A stretch of 64,000 nt of DNA from a virus. A program made the translations under genes and the position numbers. Shown piece after piece: positions 1 to 9,953 of this stretch. The DNA is taken from positions 1 to 64,000 of the IMG/VR virus record IMGVR_UViG_3300032291_001290. One strand, 5' to 3'. The notes below the pieces were generated by a model, which did no database searches, was not told where the DNA came from, and saw only the letters and a program-made list of their open reading frames with translations. Numbering within the stretch: position 1 is the first letter of the stretch; the number at the start of each line of letters is the position of its first letter.

Positions 1-1
1 C

Positions 2-280
2 ACTGAAATCTATAATCCAAAAGACTTTCATAGCGACAATATGGATAGCATTGAAGAATATGAACCGCAAGGTGGTGGTGGCACAGACTTTGATTGCATC
101 TTTACTTACTTGAAAGAAAATGCTATTGAACCTAAACGTTTGATTGTGTTTACTGATGGATATCCCTGCGGGTCTTGGGGTGACCCTGATTATTGTGATA
201 CGACATGGATCATTCACGGTGATAAGAATCCCAACCCACCGTTTGGGACGTATGCAATCTATGATGATAAAGTCCAGTGA
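2..280 (+). CDS. C-terminal part of a vWA-domain (DUF2201-type) protein, truncated by the window start
   Basis: Frame is open from nt 2; the GGGGTDF and LIVFTDGY motifs are typical of vWA-like domains. Confidence 0.75.
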   Translation, partial: TEIYNPKDFHSDNMDSIEEYEPQGGGGTDFDCIFTYLKENAIEPKRLIVFTDGYPCGSWGDPDYCDTTWIIHGDKNPNPPFGTYAIYDDKVQ

Positions 281-515
281 AGAAGTAATAATTTACGAAT
301 CACCAGATGGAGGCAAGACGGTCTACTCACGCAAGAGTGGATCGCTTAAGCGCACATTGCATTGGGAAGATCCAGAACATAAACGCACACAAGAGGCACT
401 TAATAGATGGGCTAACTTAAAAGAAGCCGTACTATTAGCTGATAATAATGTAACTTTGAATGATGCTATTGAAAAAGTAGAAGCATTATATATTTTAATT
501 AGAGGCCCAAAATGA
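261..515 (+). CDS. hypothetical protein (YESPDGGKTVY motif)
   Basis: ATG at 261 overlaps the previous gene end; ATGA coupling to the next gene. Confidence 0.6.
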   Translation: MMIKSSEEVIIYESPDGGKTVYSRKSGSLKRTLHWEDPEHKRTQEALNRWANLKEAVLLADNNVTLNDAIEKVEALYILIRGPK

Positions 516-922
516 TGTATATTGGAACAAGTTTAGGTGGTTGCCTGCTTAGTCTTATGAACAAAGAAGTGTCCGAGGATGAGGTTATGATTATAATAAC
601 CCGTACCAATGCACCTGACTATGATAAATTCATTGGCGTAATTAAAGCATATCATGCACAGGGCAACCCTTTTTCTGATAATCCTGAGCGGTATGAGTTG
701 AGTGACTATGAATTAGATGATTTGATTGATCTTGCAAACAGATTATGGTATAGTGGTAAAATTCACCAACCAAGAAGTTTTTTGGGTACTACTAATTATA
801 GACACCCATTTAAACATGGTGATAAACTTTGGTTTCAAGTAGTGCCTACAATTGACAATACTACTCCGGCAGTAATAGATGCCTACGAAAAATATAAGAT
901 GTTGGATACGTTGACTAAATGA
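512..922 (+). CDS. hypothetical protein
   Basis: 136-aa ORF with ATGA overlaps on both sides. Confidence 0.7.
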   Translation: MMYIGTSLGGCLLSLMNKEVSEDEVMIIITRTNAPDYDKFIGVIKAYHAQGNPFSDNPERYELSDYELDDLIDLANRLWYSGKIHQPRSFLGTTNYRHPFKHGDKLWFQVVPTIDNTTPAVIDAYEKYKMLDTLTK

Positions 923-1179
923 GTGTTAATCCGTTACATTGGTTTGGTAATCGTGAAATAGAATATACTCCTAAGCATTTTACTTTAGCCAAAACTCCAC
1001 TCACAGAAGAATCCAAACTTTGGATATTGAACACTCTTGTTGGTAGATTTTCTGTATATCATGCTGATGAAATAGATCGGCATGATTCATTAACTGTTTA
1101 TGTTAGCCATAATATATTAGGGCGTCCTGCGTTTGAAGATCCTACTGAGGCAGTTTTTTATGAACTAACCTGGAGTTAA
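919..1179 (+). CDS. small protein of the 'F-x-L-x-W' paralog family (outlying copy)
   Basis: Ends FEDPTEAVFYELTWS and has a central WILNTLVGRF, like the 29-33 kb array. Confidence 0.7.
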   Translation: MSVNPLHWFGNREIEYTPKHFTLAKTPLTEESKLWILNTLVGRFSVYHADEIDRHDSLTVYVSHNILGRPAFEDPTEAVFYELTWS

Positions 1180-1237
1180 AAAAAATAAGGTATCGTAAAC
1201 TTGTATTAAATATCTATAGTTACTCAAGGAGAATAAT

Positions 1238-1966
1238 ATGAGTTTTTTACGACACGTAGGCAAACATGGTGACCGAAAAGTTGCTATTATATTTCGTGAG
1301 ATTCCAGGCGAATCTCACATGTGCTTAGTCACATACACCGAAACACTTAATCAACACATTCATGATCCGTTGATACGTTGTATCGAAAGCGATATCGGTC
1401 AAAGCAGTGAATCATTATCTGATGCACTAAACCGTACATTAGGTTTGGATGGTAGACCTATTCTACAATTATTACATGCAGAAGGTTTGCTGAAAAAAGT
1501 ACAAACTGAAATGATTGTAGTTACTCCTAATCCACAGACTAAAATTAAATTGAGCGAACTCAATAAAATTTTAACTGAAATGAAACAGGGTGAATCTGCT
1601 GTAAAGCGTTTAGCTGAAATAGATGATAGTCGTGGTTTACAAACTCCCACTGAGGTTGCACGTAGAATGCGTGAACAAACTACACGTGATGCAAGAACTA
1701 CAATGCCGGTGGTATCAGCTAGTGCTGATGTATTAGGTGATCAAATGTTAGCAAACAATTTGCGTCAACAGGCTGCTAAGATGGATGCTGAGGCGAAAGG
1801 ACTACTAGCTGAAAGTGCCCTTCTACTTAAACAAGCCGCTGAAATGGACCCTGCTCCAGTAGCTAAAAAACCCAAAGCAACTAAAAAATCTGCGGTAGCA
1901 GAAGTTGCTCCAGTAGTTGAAACTGTTGCAAAACCAAAGAAAACAAGAGCTAAAGTTAGTGCATAA
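1238..1966 (+). CDS. hypothetical protein with coiled-coil and Lys/Ala-rich tail
   Basis: AAGGAG SD; TAAATA at 1207; 242-aa ORF. Confidence 0.75.
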   Translation: MSFLRHVGKHGDRKVAIIFREIPGESHMCLVTYTETLNQHIHDPLIRCIESDIGQSSESLSDALNRTLGLDGRPILQLLHAEGLLKKVQTEMIVVTPNPQTKIKLSELNKILTEMKQGESAVKRLAEIDDSRGLQTPTEVARRMREQTTRDARTTMPVVSASADVLGDQMLANNLRQQAAKMDAEAKGLLAESALLLKQAAEMDPAPVAKKPKATKKSAVAEVAPVVETVAKPKKTRAKVSA

Positions 1967-2262
1967 TGAGCCCTGAATTCATCGAAAAGTGGGAACACAT
2001 TCTTGAGGATGTTGAAAAAAATAAAATACCTATTCAGTTTATAAAAAAATTAATTATAAAACTTGAAGGTAAAAAACAACAGACTATAAACATTGAAAAA
2101 TTTTTATCTCAAGGATTAGACCCAGAACAGATAGAAGAAGCTGTCAGCAGAAAATTGCACGAACTAGATGAATTGGTAGTGAGTGTAGAATTTATACTTA
2201 ACGTACAAAATATTGCTGACACTGTACAACCTGAAACTGATAGACTTTTAAATAAGTTATGA
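1966..2262 (+). CDS. hypothetical protein
   Basis: TAATG overlap; 98 aa. Confidence 0.7.
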   Translation: MSPEFIEKWEHILEDVEKNKIPIQFIKKLIIKLEGKKQQTINIEKFLSQGLDPEQIEEAVSRKLHELDELVVSVEFILNVQNIADTVQPETDRLLNKL

Positions 2263-2711
2263 AGTTGATATTAGCATGTGATCCTAAAGGGGGAATAGGC
2301 TACCAAAACAAGTTGCCCTGGAGTAAAATCGAGGGCGATTTGCCAAGATTCAAGGAACTAACTACTGGTAAAACAGTTATTATGGGCCGCAACACTTGGG
2401 AAAGTTTATCGAAAAAACCCTTACCAAATAGATTTAATATTGTAGTGTCTAGTAAATTAATTGATGGTGTTGTAACAATAAATCAAATTAGTACACTAGA
2501 TTATACAACTCATAAAGATGCATGGATTATCGGCGGTGCTAAACTTATTCATAGTAATTGGTGGTGTATAGATGAAGTACATTTATCTAAAACATTTACC
2601 GAATACACTTGTGATACCTATATTGATTTGTTACACTTAGAAAGACTATTTGATAAAGTGGATGAACAAAAATTCACTGACCATGTATACCAAATTTGGA
2701 AACGTAAATGA
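2259..2711 (+). CDS. frd: dihydrofolate reductase
   Basis: GIG..NKLPW, VIMGRNTWESL, PLPNR and IIGG motifs. Confidence 0.95.
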   Translation: MKLILACDPKGGIGYQNKLPWSKIEGDLPRFKELTTGKTVIMGRNTWESLSKKPLPNRFNIVVSSKLIDGVVTINQISTLDYTTHKDAWIIGGAKLIHSNWWCIDEVHLSKTFTEYTCDTYIDLLHLERLFDKVDEQKFTDHVYQIWKRK

Positions 2712-3607
2712 AACAATATCACGATTTACTACAAGACATTTTAGATAACGGAGAAATTAAAGATGATAGAACTGGTGTTGGCACCCATAGTGTTTTTGGA
2801 CGTCATCTTCGCTTTGATTTGCGTAGGGGCTTTCCCGCAATCACTACTAAGAAATTGGCATGGAAGGCTTGCGTCGGTGAACTTTTATGGTTTATTGAAG
2901 GCAGCAGTGATGAACGTAGATTGGCAGAACTCACCCATGGTACCAAAGATGGTACAGTTACGATCTGGACGCCAAATGCGCTTGCTCCGTATTGGAAGCC
3001 TAAAGCAGAATTCGAAGGTGACTTGGGTCGTGTATACGGCGTACAATGGAGGCATTGGAACAAATATACGACAGAGAAAGACATGGGCCCAGCGCACAAA
3101 GGTGGTACACGCCTTGCCGTTGACAAAACGGAAGTTGACCAGTTATCGAAAGTCATTGAAGGGTTGATACAAGATCCTAATGGTCGTAGACATATATTAA
3201 GTGCATGGAATGTTAGCGAACTAGACCAAATGGCTTTACCTCCGTGTCATGTTATGAGCCAATTTTATGTCAACAAAAATAAAGAACTCTCTTGTCATAT
3301 GTACCAGCGTAGTGTGGATGTTTATTTAGGGCTCCCGTTCAATATTGCTAGTTATGCTCTACTTACTCATTTGATAGCACACCATTGTGGTTTTAAAGTT
3401 GGCGAATTGATTATCAGCACAGGTGATACACACATATATAAAAATCATGTTGAGCAAGTAAATGAGCAACTATCACGGTCCGAATACCCACTCCCCACAT
3501 TGTGGTTGAACCCAGATGTGAAAGATATTGAAAAATTCACAATGAACGATATTAAACTAATTGATTATCAATCACATGGTCAATTGAAGGCACCGATGGC
3601 AGTTTAA
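2708..3607 (+). CDS. td: thymidylate synthase (ThyA type)
   Basis: DRTGVGT, YGVQWR, MALPPCH, YQRSVD and GLPFNIASY motifs; no intron. Confidence 0.97.
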   Translation: MKQYHDLLQDILDNGEIKDDRTGVGTHSVFGRHLRFDLRRGFPAITTKKLAWKACVGELLWFIEGSSDERRLAELTHGTKDGTVTIWTPNALAPYWKPKAEFEGDLGRVYGVQWRHWNKYTTEKDMGPAHKGGTRLAVDKTEVDQLSKVIEGLIQDPNGRRHILSAWNVSELDQMALPPCHVMSQFYVNKNKELSCHMYQRSVDVYLGLPFNIASYALLTHLIAHHCGFKVGELIISTGDTHIYKNHVEQVNEQLSRSEYPLPTLWLNPDVKDIEKFTMNDIKLIDYQSHGQLKAPMAV

Positions 3608-3626
3608 TGTTAAAAGGTAGACCATA

Positions 3627-3896
3627 ATGATAACATGGCCGTCTGACGAGGCAACAATAATTGAATACAAAGTCTATTCAATACTAATGGGCGATGTAGA
3701 AGACCCTGATTTGATGATTGCAGAACCAATTTATAAATGGCAACAAACAGAAGCAGGTAAGTATGTAATGAAAAATTCAGCTCCTACACCAATGTGGCGA
3801 AGGAGTGTTGATACGAATTCATATGGTCATCAGTATATGATATTCGCATACTTCACCCCAAAACAATTAACATATTATAAGTTGAAATACGAATGA
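3627..3896 (+). CDS. small hypothetical protein, possibly a distant member of the F-x-L-x-W family
   Basis: Ends FAYFTPKQLTYYKLKYE. Confidence 0.6.
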   Translation: MITWPSDEATIIEYKVYSILMGDVEDPDLMIAEPIYKWQQTEAGKYVMKNSAPTPMWRRSVDTNSYGHQYMIFAYFTPKQLTYYKLKYE

Positions 3897-4861
3897 ACAT
3901 TTTAGTAACAGGCGGTCTCGGCCTTATCGGACATCACGTAGTAAATAAATTAGAATCATTAGGACACGATGTTGTCATTACTGATACTCGTACTACTTAT
4001 GGAATTATTCCTCAAGATGAAATTGATTACTTGATGGGTGAACGTCTTAGGAAAATCAAGACAAATTATATATACAAGATTGATATTAGCAATAGTGATA
4101 ATATTGATTGGTTGATACAAAAACATCAGCCCAAAATTATTATTCACATGGCTAGTTTCCCTCGTCAAAAAGTTGTCAACGCTAATCCAGCGATAGGCGC
4201 ACGTACAATGATGGAAGGATTAATGAATCTATGTGAATCAGCAAAGAAACACAACGTAAGTAAATTCTTGTATATTAGCAGTTCAATGGTATACGGCGAC
4301 TTCAATGATGACGTAGTTGAAGACTATGATTGCAAACCACAAGGTCAGTATGGTATTATGAAACTTTCAGGAGAACACATTGTTAAAGATTATAGCCGTC
4401 GTAATTGTTTTAATCACACTATTATACGTCCCAGTGCTGTTTATGGACCGCTTGACGTTGAAGACCGAGTCATTGCAAAATTCATGCTCACAGCAATGCG
4501 CGGCGGTATGCTCAAAGTAAATGGTGCGAGTGAAACACTAGACTTTACTTATGTAGAAGATGCCGCAGATGGTATTGTAGCTGCCGCATTAAGTGAGAAC
4601 ACAAAAAACAAAACGTACAACATTACAAAGAGCCACAGTCGTAGTTTATTAGATGCGGCTAATCTAGCAGTTAAGATTGCAGGTAAAGGTAACATTGAAG
4701 TCAAAGACAAAGATGCCGATTTCCCTAGTCGTGGTGCTTTGAACATTGATGCCGCCCGTAGAGATTTTGGCTTTGATCCTAAGGTAGATGTAGAAGAAGG
4801 GTTTCAAAAATATTACGATTGGCTTAGCACCAGCGAATATTGGATAAAGAAAAATGTCTAA
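3893..4861 (+). CDS. NAD-dependent nucleotide-sugar epimerase/dehydratase
   Basis: ILVTGGLGLIG, SSSMVYG, YGIMK (YxxxK) and DFTYVED motifs. Confidence 0.92.
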   Translation: MNILVTGGLGLIGHHVVNKLESLGHDVVITDTRTTYGIIPQDEIDYLMGERLRKIKTNYIYKIDISNSDNIDWLIQKHQPKIIIHMASFPRQKVVNANPAIGARTMMEGLMNLCESAKKHNVSKFLYISSSMVYGDFNDDVVEDYDCKPQGQYGIMKLSGEHIVKDYSRRNCFNHTIIRPSAVYGPLDVEDRVIAKFMLTAMRGGMLKVNGASETLDFTYVEDAADGIVAAALSENTKNKTYNITKSHSRSLLDAANLAVKIAGKGNIEVKDKDADFPSRGALNIDAARRDFGFDPKVDVEEGFQKYYDWLSTSEYWIKKNV

Positions 4862-6059
4862 CACTTATTGCGTTTTATTATGGCTAAGTATTACCGTTGA
4901 TACTAATGGCGATATTAAACCTTGTTGTGTTTCTACTGATTTTATAAAAAAAACTGACGGAACTCATTTCAACTTAGGAAATGATTCTATTAATGATATA
5001 TACAACAGTCCTGATTTTTTAAATATCCGTCAACAGATGTTAGACGGTAAAGAAGTTTCAGGATGTTCACAGTGTTATAAACATGAAAGATCGGGCGGTA
5101 ATAGTCAACGTATTATTCACAATGAAAAATGGAAAGACCAACAATTTAATGATGTGATTGCTGATACTAGCATTCAATATTTTGATCTTAGATTTGGAAA
5201 CTTGTGTAATCTAAGTTGTAGAAGTTGTAACCCTAGGGCTAGTAGTAAATTTGCAAAGGTACTTGACGAACTGCGTGATACTGAAATACACAAGTTTCAT
5301 CACATTTATGATTTGTCAATAGATGAATGGTATGACACTACAATGTTTGAAAAAAACATTGAAAGTCAACTTAGTAATGTAACAAAGTTATACTTAACAG
5401 GCGGAGAACCAACCGTTATCAAAAAAAATATTGAAATGCTTGAAAGGTTCAACACACTTGGATATAGTAAAAATATTACATTAGTTATTAATTCAAACAT
5501 GACTAACTTAAACTCTACGTTTTATCAATTATTAGCAAATTTTAAACAGGTAGTATTCTTTGCTAGTATAGATGGAACAGGTGCTATACAAGAGTATTTG
5601 CGTTATCCTAGTAATTGGAATCAAATAGATAAAAATATAAAAACATTATTGACATATGATAATATGATAATTAGGACTACCCCCGTAATACAGATTACCA
5701 ACTTAAATAAGATTGTTGATTTGTTTGAGTATGTTGAATCTATTAACAGAGAACAAGGAAAATCTGTAATTGATATTATGCCAATCATATTAGAAAATCC
5801 TTCATATTTAAATCTTTCATACTTGCCCAAAGAATACAAAATGATGTGCTGGGAAAGAATCCAAGAATGGTTAAATACAAAATGCCAATTTCAATCAGAG
5901 ATTTTTTATAATAAAATGGAAGTATTGAAAAATAAATGTTTAGAAGAAGTTGATTACAAGGACAACCTCAAAAAATATATTGAATTTAATTCAATACTAG
6001 ATAATCATTGGGAACATCATTTACAAGTAGTAAACCCTGAACTTTGTAGTATACTATGA
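4854..6059 (+). CDS. radical SAM protein with N-terminal SPASM/twitch-like Cys domain
   Basis: CNLSCRSC (CxxxCxxC), TGGEP, SIDG; N-terminal C..W..GDIKPCC...CSQC. Confidence 0.88.
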   Translation: MSNTYCVLLWLSITVDTNGDIKPCCVSTDFIKKTDGTHFNLGNDSINDIYNSPDFLNIRQQMLDGKEVSGCSQCYKHERSGGNSQRIIHNEKWKDQQFNDVIADTSIQYFDLRFGNLCNLSCRSCNPRASSKFAKVLDELRDTEIHKFHHIYDLSIDEWYDTTMFEKNIESQLSNVTKLYLTGGEPTVIKKNIEMLERFNTLGYSKNITLVINSNMTNLNSTFYQLLANFKQVVFFASIDGTGAIQEYLRYPSNWNQIDKNIKTLLTYDNMIIRTTPVIQITNLNKIVDLFEYVESINREQGKSVIDIMPIILENPSYLNLSYLPKEYKMMCWERIQEWLNTKCQFQSEIFYNKMEVLKNKCLEEVDYKDNLKKYIEFNSILDNHWEHHLQVVNPELCSIL

Positions 6060-7111
6060 ACATACCACATTTTGGTCTGAAAAGACAGTATAAAAATTTA
6101 AGAGATGAGTTGCTAGATGCAACTGACTGTGCTATGAAAGACGGTCAGCTTGTGGGCGGGCATTATACTCGTTCGTTTGAAGAATGGTTGAAACATCGTA
6201 CAAAAACAAAATATGCTATAACTCTGCATAGTGGTACTCACGCACTTGAGATTATAGCCCGTTGGAAGAAATTTAAACATAGTGAGACAATGGAAGGGAA
6301 CCCTAAAGTTCTAGTTCCTAATCTAACATATCCCGCAACATTGAATGCGTTTTTAACTGCTGGTTGGGATGTTGAACTAAGTGATACAGACAAGAACGGT
6401 ATTATACTTCCTAACACTCAGGGAGGTGTATATGAATGTGTGATGGGTTATGCTGGCCGTAAACCTTGGGCTGATGCTAGTTACTCAACTGCGTACAGTG
6501 TCATAGTAGACGGAGCACAACACTGGTTAGTAGCAGATGGTGACGTAGGTTCTGGAATGTCAATTAGCTTTGATCCTACAAAGAACTTACCTAGTTCAGG
6601 TAATGGTGGTGCTATTGTAACTAATGATGAACATCTATATTTGTATGCTACAAAATACAGAGACAATAACAAACCTTACTTTCATGAAGCTGGTACTAAT
6701 AGTAAAATGAGTGAACAGGATTGTGCTCAAATATTAGTCAGAGCAAAGTATATAGACGAATGGCAAAACCGTAGAAGTGAGATAGCAAAATATTGGTGTG
6801 ATAGATTTAAAGAATTACCACTAACTTGTTTATCTGACACAGTAGATCCACATTCACATCAAAAATTTGTGATGTATCTGCCCGACCGTAATTCATTACA
6901 TACACATTTATTGACTGATGGAATTGATAGTAAGATTCATTATGAATATGTCTTGGGAGATCTCCCCTCAGCAAAAAACTTAACTAAACCTGATATGCTA
7001 AGTACTAGTGTAATGCTAAGTAGAGGTGTCATTAGTTTACCTATGTACCCTGAACTAACTGACACTGAGGTGAACTATATAGCAGATAGAATAGATAAAT
7101 ATTTTGAATAA
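6056..7111 (+). CDS. DegT/DnrJ/EryC1/StrS-family PLP aminotransferase
   Basis: SGTHALE, DGAQ, SFDPTKNL...GNGG and SLPMYP motifs. Confidence 0.9.
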   Translation: MNIPHFGLKRQYKNLRDELLDATDCAMKDGQLVGGHYTRSFEEWLKHRTKTKYAITLHSGTHALEIIARWKKFKHSETMEGNPKVLVPNLTYPATLNAFLTAGWDVELSDTDKNGIILPNTQGGVYECVMGYAGRKPWADASYSTAYSVIVDGAQHWLVADGDVGSGMSISFDPTKNLPSSGNGGAIVTNDEHLYLYATKYRDNNKPYFHEAGTNSKMSEQDCAQILVRAKYIDEWQNRRSEIAKYWCDRFKELPLTCLSDTVDPHSHQKFVMYLPDRNSLHTHLLTDGIDSKIHYEYVLGDLPSAKNLTKPDMLSTSVMLSRGVISLPMYPELTDTEVNYIADRIDKYFE

Positions 7112-7119
7112 ATAACTAG

Positions 7120-7578
7120 ATGTGGATACTATCAATATTACCTAACTGGGCTATTCATGCTTTGTTATTTGCTGGATTACTAGGCACAATAGCAGGATTT
7201 GTACTAGGTATGATTCCTGTAATAAAGCAGTATATTATTCCTATACGAATTATAAGCCTATTTGTTTTAGCACTTGGATTATTTTTAGAAGGTGGATTAG
7301 CTGACAATCAAGCCTGGGAATTAAGGGTGAAGGAAATGGAAGCTAAAGTAGCAGAAGCACAAGTTAAATCAGCCAAAGAAAACACCCAGCTTGTAGAAAA
7401 AGTAGTGACTAAAACACAATATGTTAAGGGTAAAACAGAATACATAACTAGATACCTTGATAGAGAAGTAATTAAAGATAACGAAGTTATTAAATATATT
7501 GAACAATGTCCGGCTATTCCACAAGAAATATTGAAGTCACATAATGACGCCGCAAATATACGCAAGGAGTCAAAATGA
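7120..7578 (+). CDS. putative inner-membrane spanin (Rz-like)
   Basis: N-terminal TM helices then coiled coil, C-terminal C.IP; directly followed by a lipoprotein gene. Confidence 0.6.
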   Translation: MWILSILPNWAIHALLFAGLLGTIAGFVLGMIPVIKQYIIPIRIISLFVLALGLFLEGGLADNQAWELRVKEMEAKVAEAQVKSAKENTQLVEKVVTKTQYVKGKTEYITRYLDREVIKDNEVIKYIEQCPAIPQEILKSHNDAANIRKESK

Positions 7579-7889
7579 AAGACATTGCGAAACAACAAAG
7601 AATCAGCACAATACTATTTGTTATAGTGACAGTAATATTCTTTCTTGCTATGTGTACAGGATGTTCTACAACAGTTCCAGTCACAGCTAAATTTCCAGAA
7701 GTACCTGCTAGACTACTAGAACAATGTCCTGAAAAACTTCAAACAATTGAAGGTGACAAAATCAATATCGTTGATTTTACTAAAGTTGTAGTCACTAATT
7801 ACGGAACATACTATGAATGTGCAGTTAAAAATGATGCTTGGATAGAGTGGTATAACACTCAAAAGAAGATTTTCAACGAAGTTAAGTAA
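7575..7889 (+). CDS. putative outer-membrane spanin lipoprotein (Rz1-like)
   Basis: Signal peptide with lipobox (CTGC-S), Pro-rich FPEVP..L..CP, N...Y.EC. Confidence 0.65.
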   Translation: MKDIAKQQRISTILFVIVTVIFFLAMCTGCSTTVPVTAKFPEVPARLLEQCPEKLQTIEGDKINIVDFTKVVVTNYGTYYECAVKNDAWIEWYNTQKKIFNEVK

Positions 7890-7932
7890 TCCTAACCTAG
7901 TGATAAATACACTATAGGTCTAGGATTTTTAT

Positions 7933-8466
7933 ATGACACAACTAGTAATTAATATCGGAGCAGTTCCCAATGATGGCGAAGGCGATCCGTTACGCACGGC
8001 CTTTCAGAAAATTAATAACAATTTTACCCAGTTATTTGCTACCGGAACATTTACATATGATGCATACTCATTTGGAAATACTGCTGGTCAAATCATATTT
8101 GAAACTCCTGCTAACTTGTTTACACAAGGAACTTTTCAAATTAATTCAAGCAACCCAAACACCAATAACAGTCAGAATATTATATTAAACGTAAGTATTT
8201 CAAATGATGTAGCTAATGTTAAATGGAACGGACATAGTACCTTGCTTTTCAATACTCCAGTCACTACGTATGATGTAGATTTAGTTGGTGGAAATGTTCG
8301 TATACTAGTAAATCCTTTAGTGAATGCAAATGTATATCATTTTATTGCCGCACAAATTACATTCAGTACTGATGCTCCGGGAATACCGTTAGCACTTGAA
8401 GGATTGTCAGGGGATGTATTGGGCACAGAGACTTTAATTCCTATAACTACAGAACAAGCAGTATGA
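7933..8466 (+). CDS. baseplate/fibre-type structural protein with T4 gp9/gp10-like N-terminus
   Basis: INIGAVPNDGEGDPLRTAFQKINNNF motif; late promoter upstream. Confidence 0.7.
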   Translation: MTQLVINIGAVPNDGEGDPLRTAFQKINNNFTQLFATGTFTYDAYSFGNTAGQIIFETPANLFTQGTFQINSSNPNTNNSQNIILNVSISNDVANVKWNGHSTLLFNTPVTTYDVDLVGGNVRILVNPLVNANVYHFIAAQITFSTDAPGIPLALEGLSGDVLGTETLIPITTEQAV

Positions 8467-8837
8467 GAGCAAAAGAATTCATAACTGAACAAAGTAATTT
8501 GCCCGATAGAATTACTAAACCAATGCCTTCTACATGGGTGATACCAGAGTTACAGAATCAAAATGCATATTTACAATATAGATTTTCTATAGCACTAGCT
8601 GGTGCAAGAGCGGCTCGTAATGGTGATATACCTAAGTTGGATAAAGAATCAGTTTGGGGAGAAAATCAATTAGTTTCAGGTTATATGAATCCAGACATTG
8701 AAAAAGACATTGATTTTGCTTTAGGAGAAATGGGTCTTAGTGGTAAAAAATTAGTTACAAGTAAACATAGTGAAGAAACAAGTGATACCGGCATAGGTAG
8801 CCCCGTAAAGGCTTTCAAAGGATATAAAAGAAAATGA
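8463..8837 (+). CDS. putative internal head protein (paralog 1)
   Basis: Starts MRAKEFITE (capsid-targeting-like); ends SPVKAFKGYKRK. Confidence 0.6.
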   Translation: MRAKEFITEQSNLPDRITKPMPSTWVIPELQNQNAYLQYRFSIALAGARAARNGDIPKLDKESVWGENQLVSGYMNPDIEKDIDFALGEMGLSGKKLVTSKHSEETSDTGIGSPVKAFKGYKRK

Positions 8838-9211
8838 GAGCAACTGAATTTATATCCGAATCTAAGATGGGTAAAATATCCCCACAACAACAACAAGCAA
8901 CTCGCGGGTTAAATATTTTTTCAAAAAAAATAGATGCCTATGATAGAAACTATGATTTAAATCGTTTAATGATGGCTGTCGCAAGTAGTGATGGTATACA
9001 TCCAATTGAAATGCCTGCAGAAAGTTGGGTAGGTAAACACAATACTGCACATGCCTACACCAAAGAAGAACAAGATATGCTTAAATTAGCATATAAAGCT
9101 GCTGGGTTAGAGTATATAGATTTAAACAACGGTAATTTAGATAGTGAAGAACTATCTGATACAAATACACAAAGTATAGTAAAGCCATTTAAGGGCTATA
9201 AGAAAAAATAA
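8834..9211 (+). CDS. putative internal head protein (paralog 2)
   Basis: Starts MRATEFISE; ends SIVKPFKGYKKK. Confidence 0.6.
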   Translation: MRATEFISESKMGKISPQQQQATRGLNIFSKKIDAYDRNYDLNRLMMAVASSDGIHPIEMPAESWVGKHNTAHAYTKEEQDMLKLAYKAAGLEYIDLNNGNLDSEELSDTNTQSIVKPFKGYKKK

Positions 9212-9260
9212 CATAAGTCAACATTCAGAATAAGTAATATATAAAATTACAGGATTCTTA

Positions 9261-9953
9261 ATGATTGATATCAACAATACTCTCGACCTAATCAAATTAA
9301 AATTTTACAACGAATGGTTGTATACGGCCCACATTTATGATGAGGGTGATAGTCAAATGCATGACAAATTAACTAAGCAAGTTGTCACTCAGTATGTTGA
9401 CCCACTTAATTTACCTAAAAATGCAAAGATTATGGATTTGGGTTGTGGACCAGGATATTTTTTAGATTGCATGAAAGAGCGTGAGTACACCGATGTTGTA
9501 GGTGTAACATTAAGTCCTGGCGATATTAAAATTTGTGAAGACAAGGGTCATACAATTAAAAAATATGATTTAAGTTTTATTCCACAAAAGGACGGATACT
9601 ATGATGAAAGTGTAGACTTCATTTTCTTGCGTCATGCATTAGAACATAGTCCATATCCTATCTTTAGTTTGATGGAATACAATCGTATTCTAAAACAAGG
9701 TGCCAAAATGTACATTGAAGTTCCTTCCCCTGATTGTGAACGTAAACATGAATGGAACTTAAATCACTATAGTATTTTAGGTCAAAATCAATTAGCCGCA
9801 TTATTAGTACGTACAGGTTTTGATATTAATAAATTTGAAGTATTAGAGTTTGATATCGGAGGAAAATCTCCGGAAACAGGAGAAGATTTCACTGCTAAAG
9901 AGAAATTCTTCTGCATCTTAGTCACTAAGCAAAGACCATTAGATATTAAATGA
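9261..9953 (+). CDS. class I SAM-dependent methyltransferase
   Basis: IMDLGCGPG, RHALEH and RILKQG motifs. Confidence 0.88.
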   Translation: MIDINNTLDLIKLKFYNEWLYTAHIYDEGDSQMHDKLTKQVVTQYVDPLNLPKNAKIMDLGCGPGYFLDCMKEREYTDVVGVTLSPGDIKICEDKGHTIKKYDLSFIPQKDGYYDESVDFIFLRHALEHSPYPIFSLMEYNRILKQGAKMYIEVPSPDCERKHEWNLNHYSILGQNQLAALLVRTGFDINKFEVLEFDIGGKSPETGEDFTAKEKFFCILVTKQRPLDIK

